DNA of 63,983 nt, filler included, from Trypethelium eluteriae (taxonomy: Eukaryota): NCBI GenBank assembly GCA_051942245.1. It is 5 parts of 5 records of this genome, joined end to end, with 100 filler letters (N's around TTAATTAATTAA, not from the genome) between each part and the next. Parts side by side here need not be neighbours in the genome. Positions count along the whole stretch, not along the records: positions 51,405 to 63,983 come from JAVECL010000766.1; 4 more parts are not named here. One strand, 5' to 3'. The notes beneath the pieces are model-generated. The model was not told the origin of the DNA. It did no database searches and saw nothing but the letters and a program-made list of their open reading frames with translations. Below are positions 52,195 to 62,601 of this stretch, piece by piece (position 1 is the stretch's first letter; the number at the start of each line of letters is the position of its first letter). The position numbers and the translations under genes are program-made.

Positions 52195-53649
52195 ATGCCG
52201 CCATCCAAGCACCAAGCTACTGTTAAGACGTATGTGCTGAACTTCTGATGTCCTTGCTATGCCTCCGAGAGGAATGCAGGTGTGGTCTACGGTCGCTCGC
52301 TGGAGAGTCGCCTGCTAGTTGTTCTCCTCAATCAGCCAGCGCCAGGTCGATCAGCTTTCTTGGTCTCTTCTCCTCAATCCGACTCTGTGGACATGCAAAG
52401 TCATTGAGAGAAGAGACTAGGGTGTTGGGGATGGAGAACATTCCTCCCTCAAATTGAGTTACCGCACTCGAGTCTGCTGTGAGCTCTCGAAACTAGGTGC
52501 GAATGCAGATCTTGGACCTCTTCATTGAGTATCCGAGGTTTTGTCGCATGAGAACTAACACGTCTCTCGCTACGCTTACTGCTAGCTATTGACGTTCTCA
52601 GCGATCAAATACTCCAATCGAGTCATCTCCAGTCGAGAATGCCGCCTTGCCGCAGTTCTCCTCTTGGAGTGCATTTACTCTTAAAGCTACTGAATTGATC
52701 TAACATCTTGCAGGAGCGTCCCCACCAAGGATGAAATTCTTGTTCCTGAAACTCTTCTGAAGAAGCGAAAGAGCCAGGAGAAAGAGCGGGAGCAGCGTAC
52801 TGCGGACCTGGAAAAGAAGCGCAAGGTCGGTCCAACATCTCCCTTTCATGCCACCATCTGGAAGCGATATCGTGATGATATGAATGTTCCAACATCATTA
52901 CACTAGACCTTCGGGTCGATGCTGTGATTTGTTAACCATCTTTCGGGACTGAACATTGTCGCTTCTGTCATTGGCTACAAACTCCAGGCGTTTGGACCAT
53001 AGAGCTAATTCATACATAACAGGCCAACAAGGAGAAGCGTAATGTCATCTTCAAGCGGGCTGAGTCGTACGTTAAGGAATACCGTGATGCCGAACGCGAA
53101 AAGGTCCGGCTTCAGCGCCTCGCAAAAAAGAATGGGGAATTCTACGTTCCAGCGGAGCCGAAACTCGTCTTTGTAATTCGCATCAAGGGTATCAACAAGA
53201 TCGACCCCAAGAAGCGCAAGACCCTTCAACTGCTCCGCTTACTGCAAATCAACAACGGTGTCTTCGTCCGCCTAACCAAGGCCACTGTCGAGATGCTCAA
53301 GATTGTTGAACCTTTTGTTGCTTATGGCTACCCAAATCTTAAATCTGTACGGGAGTTAATCCTCAAGCGCGGATACGGAAAGATCGAGAAGCAACGCATT
53401 CCGCTTACCGACAATGAATTGATTGAGAAGAACCTGGGACAGTACGGAATCGTCTGCATGGAGGACTTGATACACGAGATCTACACCGTCGGTCCCAATT
53501 TCAAACAAGCTAGCAACTTCCTGTGGCCATTCAAGCTGAGCAACCCGACTGGTGGTTTCCGACAGAGGAAGTTCAAGCACTTTGTTGAGGGCGGAGACCT
53601 AGGAAACAGAGAAGACTACATCAACAAACTCATCCGCGAGATGAATTGA
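52195..53649 (+). CDS. RPL7: 60S ribosomal protein L7 (uL30)
   Basis: Exons 52195-52229, 52714-52825 and 53023-53649. [68 protein letters not shown]. Confidence 0.97.
52868..52956 (+). ncRNA. snR39: Intronic box C/D snoRNA, snR39/snR59 homologue (guides 25S rRNA Am807-equivalent methylation)
   Basis: In RPL7 intron 2: C box GTGATGA (52872-52878), guide ACCATCTTTCGGG (52935-52947) complementary to LSU rRNA CCCGAAAGAUGGU, D box CTGA (52949-52952), flanking stem GAAGCGATA/TGTCGCTTC. Yeast RPL7A/B host snR39/snR59. Confidence 0.88.
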
Positions 53650-54204
53650 TGGACGATATGGTTATGTACTAGAAGAAGGGGTGATGCACGATACGGAGCT
53701 CTTTGCTGCGACACCTTGTGCCGGTTCCCTTCAGACTGAGCTATGGGATGTTGCGCGCGGATTATCTGGTGTTCAGGAGGGTGTGATGTGATTTTCGAGC
53801 TGTGCGTGACGGCCCAGCTGGGAAATGATACCTAGTCACTCAACCGATGATGGCTTGCTATTACTCCAGTCTCAATTATGCATGTACTAGGCTATCTAGT
53901 TGAGAAGCAATCTGCCATTATTAACACCAGCATGCTCCAGCTTTATCCTTGCCGGCATAAGTTCGTATCGTCTATTCGTATTCTACTAGGTCGATTAGCC
54001 TTGATCTACTGCGTCAACGCATGTGGCCAAAACATAGCTCGACTAACTGTAATGTCTCGTAAAAGCCCACATATGGCTGTGATGCACAAGGCGGACACCT
54101 GCCTGGTCAGAAAGGCCAGCACGTCGTCCACCTCCCTGCTACAGTTCGACGTTTAGCGTTTTAACCCACAACGAAAACTTTTCCTTCATCGACTCTCTCC
54201 ACAG

Positions 54205-55323
54205 CTACTTACCAGCCGGTGCCGCCAGCACCGTACCACTGTCCTCATCCTCCTCAGCTCCTATCATTGGCATCGACTCCACCTCTCCCTCTACGTTGGT
54301 CTCAAACTCCATCTCAGCTTCGGTCTCGGTTAGTGGGCTCGGGCTCGGGCTCGCGCTTGCGCTCAGGTCCTCCAACGCCGGCAGATCGGTCTTTAGCAAG
54401 GGTGGAATGTCTGTCTTGAGCAGGCGACCCTTCTTCGCAGCCGGGTTGGGCGCCTTGTCGTTCTCCTGGACGTAGAAGCGTCGAAGCAGCATGATGGCTT
54501 CATCACGGTAAAGACCGCCGTAGACCTTGTACGGGGGTATGTTTGCGGGGCTGGAAGATCGAGATGTATCAGTAAAGCGTTTAGGGTTGAAATGATAGGT
54601 TCTCACGGCGCCGGTGGAGCTGGGCTGGCTTGGAGATGACCAACGGCAGACATTGGAGTAATAGGGAGAGGAAAGAGGATCCATACTCAGAATGAATATT
54701 CAGGACTCCGCCAGTACCTCCGAAGCGGTCGTTTGAGCAACCGAAATAGACGGCACGAATGTGATACTGACGCAGAGCGGAAGCGCACATGATGCAAGGT
54801 TCGACGGTCACGTACAGGTCACTGGAGCGGAGGATGGACTGTGGGTGGTTTTGGAGGAGAGAGCTCAAAGCCACAAATTCACAGTGACGGGTTCCCTAGA
54901 ATGATGTTTGACTCCGTTCTTCTGTACATAGCTTCTAAGCAAAGGGGAAGAGCGGTCGACGTACGTTGAGAGATTTGTTTGTCTCGTTCATGCCTCTGCC
55001 GATGACAGTACCGTCGTGCACGAAAGCGCAACCGACCGGCGTCTCGTCGGAGTTGAGTGCTTGTTCGGCCTGAGAACAATGTTAGGAGTAGTCACATTAC
55101 AATCTGGAGCTGGAGCATAGGTCTGAATGGTAGCTCAGTGACGTAGAAGATGAGTAAAACAAAGAGTGGTGAGCGAGTGACATTAGGATATTCGATTTGA
55201 CAAAAGGCCCGGTGTCTTGTCTAGTATTCCTATAGAAAACGGCATAGGATTTGAACTCACCATCTTTATAGCCTCGCGCATAAAGCCTTCATGATATGCT
55301 CGATCTTCTATCTGTGCCTCCAT
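54205..55323 (-). CDS. TAD2: tRNA-specific adenosine-34 deaminase catalytic subunit Tad2
   Basis: HEGFMREAIKMAEQAL..ETPVGCAFV..GRGMNETN..GTRHCEF..LYVTVEPCIMCASAL..FGCSNDRFGGTG..AIMLLRRFYVQENDKAP. Three introns; the extreme 3' end is uncertain. Confidence 0.92.
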
Positions 55324-55385
55324 CCCCAATAACGAAGTCTCACTGGATGTTGATGGACGTAATGAGGAATCAAGGCTCCAACTGA

Positions 55386-55393
55386 GCGATGAG
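55386..55393 (+). promoter_or_regulatory. PAC-like element GCGATGAG upstream of TAD2
   Basis: Exact PAC core about 63 bp upstream of the TAD2 ATG. PAC marks RNA-processing and ribosome-biogenesis genes in ascomycete yeasts. Confidence 0.3.
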
Positions 55394-55761
55394 GTCTTTT
55401 ATAGTCATCACGCAACAATATTTATCCGTAAGTGCTGTGGGAAACGCAGAGCGAGATGTTTGCTGCTGGATGGGGTGGTGTTGAACCTTTCGGCTACTGT
55501 GCTTCGGGTCCTGCGTTATTACACTCTACACCTCATTTCACCCCTCTTGGCTTCCAGACGTGGCCAAAAAAAAAAAAAAATCATTTAGTAGTTATATGTA
55601 ATTAGAAAATGATGGTCATAGCGGAAAGCAAAGCCAAAGACGCAGTTCCCCACAAAGATGTCCAATAAATGATTATATCGCGAACCAAACTCCTTTACTC
55701 TAATAGGCAACAACCTCACAATATCAGCCAGCCACCAAGTCCTCGACCACAATCGGTGGCC

Positions 55762-56100
55762 CTAGTAATAGCATTCGATAGTGTCAACTTCAACTTTCTG
55801 TCCATCATCAAGGGTCACAGAAGTCTCGAGGGTGAAAGGCATTCCGATCGGACGGTCGTCTGCACTAAGAGCCTGACATTTGACAGCATTTTCATTGGCA
55901 ATCCCGGAAACCTCGGCGACGGTGGCGCCGATTAACTGCTCGTTGAGTTTGAGGGAACCTGGAACAGCAATCGTGGTGTCGGAGGTGAAGGTGTCTTGAT
56001 CAATCTCGAACTGCAGGATGGCAGAGCCAACTTCGTGATGATACTGAGGGCTCGCAATGGTGAGCACTGGGAGCATGAGAGTGAGGATAGCGAATCGCAT
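55762..56100 (-). CDS. Small secreted protein (112 aa, 2 Cys)
   Basis: Signal peptide MRFAILTLMLPVLTIA. Beta-rich mature part with CQA..G.PF...V.V..IEC. TATATA upstream at about 56241. Confidence 0.75.
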   Translation of the reverse strand: MRFAILTLMLPVLTIASPQYHHEVGSAILQFEIDQDTFTSDTTIAVPGSLKLNEQLIGATVAEVSGIANENAVKCQALSADDRPIGMPFTLETSVTLDDGQKVEVDTIECYY

Positions 56101-59100
56101 TTTAGTTGATAGAATTGAATTGATAAGTAAAAAGGATAAGAGAAGCAATAAAATTCTTGAAAAGGTAGGAAGGAAATTTTTTTTGGAACCAGAAGCAGCT
56201 GCAATATGGTGCTGTTCCCCTCGATGAAAGTTCCATGCCTTATATATAATGTATGAGTTCTAGGCCTGTCTTACCATTTCCTCGCCAAAAACCATGGCAG
56301 TATAGTCGTGACCTTGAAATTATCCTTGATACTATTTCGTACGGGGCTATGCAGCATAACGGTATGTGTGCTAGGGTCGGTGAAGACAGGCTCAATTGAA
56401 TGGAAGACACCGATAATACAATAAGTGAAACCCTATGAGCTAATATTGAAAAGGGCTTCGACATTCCCACGTTGTTTTGATGGGGCCCTTGTGGAAAGGT
56501 CTGGCTGCCGGATGTTACGAAAGCTCTGGGGCTTCGACTCGAATGACATGAATTTTGGGGTATTAGTCTTGTAGGTTCAAGAAAAGGAAGCTGATGGCAG
56601 ATGGTCATCTCTTGTCTTGTATCTAAGCCCCAGTCGTGAGGCGGCGCGACGTGTCTTGCCACGAGTTTTTAAACCGGTGTCTTCAAGATGAAGTAGCTCC
56701 AGATCGAGAGGCAGCGCTCTTTAGGATGCGCCGTACCTCTGACAACTGCTTTGACTGGGCAACAGGTCGCGGATGCAATAATCTTCAAAATGCGATGCAG
56801 CCAGCTCAGGTAACGGTTGCCTTGCATATAGTTGGCATGTACTCCGGTGGAGTAACTTCTAAGCACAGTCTACGGAAATAGTAAGCATATCAACTACCGA
56901 ATTAACACGGCTGATCCATAATAAGTGCTCGATAACATGATTTATAATTTTCACATATCACCGTCTGTTTCGTCTCATAACTTGCTAAGAAGGCTTCGCG
57001 GACAGGATCGGGGTTGACGTCCGAGTCGACCCAGACGTTGATACACGTAGGAACGGATTGAGGCATCAACCGATGCTTAATGGCATCCTAGACCTCTCAC
57101 CCCAATGCGTTTCTACGTTCTGCCCGGTGTGATCGTTGCCGCATAGATGCTTGAGAAAGCGGCCGAGCCAGGTAATTAGACATCTGTACCAAAATCGTTG
57201 CGCGTTGCGTTTGGGAAGTAGAGTAGACTTAAAAATCGCTCACCACTACCGATACAAGGCATGGAGCGCCAATGGTGCACACACATAGATCCAAATGAAA
57301 ATAAGATAAGGCTCAGAGAACTGAAGATACATGGACAATCTCAGAACAACCTGAGAGGCGAGCCCGGAGACAGGGCCGGAGACGAGTCTTACGCGCAGAC
57401 AAGCAGAATAAGGGAACGCATGCTCGAATAAAGTCAAAAGCAGAAGCATGAAGGCTTCGGTCCGAATAAGGGACATGACATAGCTGGAAACTTGACCTTC
57501 ACGATTGAAGCGAAATGTTGGGACGGGTTTGTATGCAGCTAGAGTCAGTTCTGAGGCTTACGACCAGTTGGTATCCATAGCTTGGGTTTACTGCTGGTGG
57601 GAGGCAGGATGGACTTGTACACTGATAAGGATCTGCTGGGCGTGCTTGTCGGATACCGTGAACTGGTCATTCGATGAAGTCGTAAACTTTGAGCTGTGGA
57701 TGATAACCTTGAGGTATCGTGCTTAGGTCACATGACATCATTGTACCCACCCCTGCAGGTTTTAAAAGTACTCCACAAACAGCAAACGAAGGCTCGAATC
57801 ACGCCCCCATCGTTGCCGCGAGTGATTCAAACGCCGAGAGAGGCGTTGAGGTCATCAATACGCGTATGTGGGAGGTAAGCACTCAATCTGATTCATATTT
57901 CGATCGAGTTGGGGCCAAAGCAAAGTGAAATAAGCGTAAATCGGGTACGAGGAGCCATGGCCAACTGTATGCTCCCGAACCCTACTTTATGCAGCGGCTG
58001 CTGATGGTCCTATAGTTATTTAGATTGTGCTGCAAATAGAGCGACGGATGGCCCCGGTAACTAAGCTACGCACATCTGCTGATCACGTTGTTTCCTAGAA
58101 TCGATCGTGGTTGACTGTGTTTCAAAGGAGCTGAGCTGAGAATCTCGGGCGGCTAGCTTCCTGCAGGACGTCGAGAGACATGCTTTGGGAAATTCATCAT
58201 TCGGCCCCACGCCCACCTACTGTACCCCAGACAGAATACGCGGGCGTCAGGAAGCAGCGGTGTGTGTGACCTGATCGAGTGTGTGGTAGGACGAGACCTT
58301 TTGCCGCCTACGGACTCTGGTTTGGCGATTTTCGTAATCAGACCATCGTTGTGTGTATGTACAACAGAGAAGCAACATCCTCTCATCTAATCGCGCGGCT
58401 TTTCTAAGGGAGCACCGGAGCTTGAATCCGGTAGTCCCGCCCTCGGGATAGTGGCTGCTGCCAACTAGGCAGAGGAGCATCAAACGCCTCAAAGTACGGA
58501 GGCTGAGCACCAGAACCAATGACGACTAGTTTTACAGATTCATCGCGAGTTCAAAACGAGGGATGCAAGGTGCGGTGGCAGTCGTTAACGCAGTCACATG
58601 CTGAGCGATTTTTCGAAAGTGTTTGCGTGCATTGTTCGCAATCGTTAGCCCAGTTGCCAAGCTGTGCGGCGTTGAACACGACGCCGTTGGACGAGACAAA
58701 TTACTCTAAGGTATGACCTTTGGGAGTTGATGGGGAAGGCAGCGCTTCACGTGACTAGAGTAGCGGTCCTCGAACATGGAGATGGAGGTGGAGATGGAGG
58801 TGGTGGTCCAGTGGTCTTAGTGGGCTTTCCCTATCGCGGCAAGGGATCAAGCACATCAAACGTGAATCCAATAATCTTCGGCCTCCACCTGTTCATGTGC
58901 AAAGGTTTCCTCTGGTGCACTCACATACATACCAGCCTCGCGTCATGGCGTAGCCGCTCTCCGAAGCTGGAACGGTCGAATCTCCGTTAGACACGAACTT
59001 TGAAGTCAAGACTTTCGCATACCGTCGGCGCCACTCGACGCACTGAGACTCGCTTCTATCCGTCAATGGAAGCGTGAGCTCGTGCCACCAAGCAGCAAAA

Positions 59101-61164
59101 GCTTCGTTGCAAGGTGGAAGATGCCACCTTGCCTTCACTGTTACGGCGCTGATCATGTGATGTCAATGGATTGCCGCTCTCATCTCCTTGCGCTTGCATT
59201 GGCGAGTCTCGAGAAGAGCCTCTACCGTGCCCGGGATACGACTCTAATCTCCATCATTGTTTGTTGCATGGCCCCGTCAGGGTTAGAGGGTCTGACTTTT
59301 CCCGGATGCAGCGCTTTGTCCGTGGTACGTAAACGAAACGGTAGTCACAACGACGAAGGAGCCCGTTGACGCATTCGCAATTATGGGGCTGAAAATTTCT
59401 CGGCTTTCAAATTACCTTTCGATCATTGGCTCGATGTCAGCCAATCATCGTGACCGATGGGGCTTGCATCTTCCGAGGTGGATTCGTACGCCTCACTGTT
59501 TCTAAAGGTAGGCTATGTACGTTTCACCAATCAAGAACCTTGAAGCCGGTGCTTTTTGCAGATCACCTGCTTCACCACAGCGACTCATCCTCTCTGTTTT
59601 GTCCGTTGGTGGAGAGGGCCTGGCGGGATCTTGCACCCGAGCGCGCTGTTCAAGCGAAGCGCAAGCACCTTATTCGAGTTTCTATCGTTGCCCTTCGGGC
59701 CCAGAAAGATGTGCAGATTCCTATGTTTGATCCTGCGTTGGTTTGCACATGTGCAGCGGCGAGCGAGTTTGCATAGGAAGCTTCGAGTGGAGGAGGAGCA
59801 GCAACGCTTCGCTGACAACCCAGGTCTGGGCTCACACCGGCGGTTGGTAGATCTGAGCGGCCACGCCAGGACGACCGCCATCAGAAGTGGGTCTTCGGTG
59901 GAAAGCTCCATGGAAGTTCTGCCGCAATTCACGCCAAACGAGTAAGCCTGAGCTAGCCGTCAGCTGCGACGATCGTCAATGCGGGAGTCACCAACCACGG
60001 GGCGCCGTGTTGTCTCTGCCATCCGAAGGCAGGGCAGGCGGTCAGCATGTGGGACGCTAGAGTTCACACCCTTGGGGTTCTACCGCATGGAAGGTCGATG
60101 GCGTTGCGACATTTCCTGCCTCTTCCTGCCGCGCGCACCAGATTTGCACCATTCTTGGACCAACGCCGGGATTCGCGCCCCCTACTGCACCATGCTCCTT
60201 CCGGCCATTCTAACAAAGCGAGACGGTGCTTGCAGCAATACTGCGTCTGCTGCGCTACGCACATTAAGCTTCCCTGCTCCCGGTGTTACTGCGTGCCGAG
60301 CAACCAGCCCACGACTCAACTAACTAACTAACGCACTGACTGGCAACGGCAGGAAGCGATGCATGCATCCGTGCGGTGGCCAAGCGCCACTCCTCTTCGA
60401 GTGATCCAGTAAGACTCCCCAGCCCTCAGAGGCTGGATGCTGCCTCCTCAGACGGCGTCGCGCTTGGTCCTGCCCCAGCAAAGAGTCAATAATACGCGGC
60501 AAGCTACGGAAAATAGGCAGCATCGAACCATGTCCCCAACCCTTCGCCCATGACGAGGGATTCCCGCTTCGAACGTCAATCAGGAGCGTCCGATCAAGCC
60601 TCCTTCCCGCCTGGGTCAAGGAAAGGAGATGACAGGCTGTGCTTCGCCAAGTGACTTGCCATTTGTTTTGTCTAAAAATTGACCGGGGGTCATCCCGGCT
60701 CCAAACTCATGCTCCATGCAGCCTTTTTTTCTCCCCGTCATGGTCTCCTAGCCTGATCTTGCCTATTTGTAGATGATTGTCTCTCATTGCACGTAACGGC
60801 TCACCAGCGGCATTTGCATCACTTTTATCACCACCAGCACCTCCACCACCTGCCGCCCCTCATTCACCATTCCAACCCCCCTCTCCTTCATTAACTATCT
60901 CTTCCTCCGCCCTTCGGTTCTTCCACATCAACCAATTCAATCCCTGAGTTCGTCATTCTCTCTCCGAAATATCCTACAACTCTCGTCTCCATCGACATAT
61001 CGGCCTTGAAGGACCATTGTTCGTAATAATATTGGATCGGAATTTCTTCTTTTCCTAGCATTCTTGTAGATTGCTAGCTTCCAGGCCGCGCTTCCAGTGG
61101 AGGTTGCTGCCATTTCCTGGAGGCCTTCATTGGACCATCCAGGAGGACTTTGGTCAAAATCAAC

Positions 61165-62601
61165 ATGCTCCCAACACCGCCAGCATCTCCAAATCCCTGT
61201 GGAACATGTGCGCCGGAGGACCGTGTTGGACAAGTTCTGGCAGGTCGACTTCAGCTTACCGGCATATTGGGCGTAGGTGCATACGGTGTAGTGTACACCG
61301 CAGTGGATCTACAGACACAAGTCCCATATGCAGTAAAAGCGCTTAACAAAGTTGGCCTGGAACCGCGACAACGCAGATTCCAGCAACGGGAAATCCAGCT
61401 CCATTATCAAGCCAGCCGTCATCCTAATGTTGTCTCCCTAGCCAAGATCATGGATTCTCCGGACTGCACTTTCGTCGTGATTGAGTACTGTCCCGAAGGC
61501 GATCTATTTTCGAACATAACCGAGAAGGGAAATTATGTTGGTAATGATATGCTGGCCAAGCGCGCTTTCCTCCAAATCTTGGATGCTGTGGAATACTGCC
61601 ATTCCATTGGAATCTACCACCGGGATTTGAAGCCGGAGAATGTGCTGGTCACAGATAATGGTCTCACCGTGAAATTGGCCGATTTTGGCCTTGCGACCAC
61701 TGATTGGCTCACCTCTGATTTTGGATGCGGTTCTACTTTTTATATGTCACCAGGTAATACTTTCTTTTTACCGCCTCCACCCCGCGTCCTGACTAATCGC
61801 TTCACAGAATGTCAAACTCCCTCGCCGAAGGCTTTTTCGTGCTACGCATCAGCTCCAAATGATGTGTGGTCCTTGGGCGTAATCTTAGTGAATCTCACCT
61901 GTGGTCGAAATCCGTGGAAGAGAGCCTCTACAGAGGACTCAACCTTCCGGGCCTACTTACGGGATCGCCAATTTCTCAAGACCATTCTACCATTGTCTGA
62001 TGATTTGGATTCGATTCTCAGACAAATTTTTGAGCCAGACCCTATGAAGCGCATCACGATTCCGGCACTTCGGGAATTGATTCTCCAATGCCCAAGGCTC
62101 ACGAGTCGCTCGAATGTACCTGCTGCTCAAGCTTGTGCTCCGACTGCTCCCTCATCTCCACCATACCAACCAACTGATTACCCGAGAGATGTTGCTGTAG
62201 GTTCAATTTATGACCTTCCGGATTTTCTTCCTAGCGTTCCTCAGCCTGGTATGGTCTCACCTCCTTCACCAACTTCCCCCACTTCGGATGCTTTTGCCGA
62301 GCAGTTTTCTCAAATTTCGAATTCTTCTGGTAGTTCTGGTTCCGATGGTGGACCTGCTCGTTCTCCAGTATCCTCAGCTTCACCATCCCCTTCACCGTCT
62401 TCATATACTTATCTCAAACATGCACATCACCCCCAGGGGCCAATGAACGTACCTCAACCTCAGGTTTCTACTCAGCCGCAATACGTCTCGAATTCTTCTA
62501 ATACCTGGTTCCCTCATCTTCTACCTGCGCTTGTACCTGCGCTCGGACTTGCCAACCACGTTTCATCTCAGCCGTTCAACATACCGGTGCGGGTCTTTTG
62601 A
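61165..62601 (+). CDS. Ran1/Pat1-family (Sks1/Vhs1-like) Ser/Thr protein kinase
   Basis: MLPTPPASP start, LGVGAYGVVY, YAVKAL, HRDLKPEN, DFGLAT..DFGCGSTFYMSPE (intron 61754-61807), NDVWSLGVILVNLTCGRNPWKRA, Ser/Pro-rich tail. Confidence 0.93.
   Translation: MLPTPPASPNPCGTCAPEDRVGQVLAGRLQLTGILGVGAYGVVYTAVDLQTQVPYAVKALNKVGLEPRQRRFQQREIQLHYQASRHPNVVSLAKIMDSPDCTFVVIEYCPEGDLFSNITEKGNYVGNDMLAKRAFLQILDAVEYCHSIGIYHRDLKPENVLVTDNGLTVKLADFGLATTDWLTSDFGCGSTFYMSPGNTFFLPPPPRVLTNRFTECQTPSPKAFSCYASAPNDVWSLGVILVNLTCGRNPWKRASTEDSTFRAYLRDRQFLKTILPLSDDLDSILRQIFEPDPMKRITIPALRELILQCPRLTSRSNVPAAQACAPTAPSSPPYQPTDYPRDVAVGSIYDLPDFLPSVPQPGMVSPPSPTSPTSDAFAEQFSQISNSSGSSGSDGGPARSPVSSASPSPSPSSYTYLKHAHHPQGPMNVPQPQVSTQPQYVSNSSNTWFPHLLPALVPALGLANHVSSQPFNIPVRVF

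Noticed and set aside
57200..60620. Cluster of 60-130 aa ORFs upstream of the kinase
   Set aside because: Overlapping on both strands, with Arg/Cys/Ser-rich random composition and no coherent exon chain.
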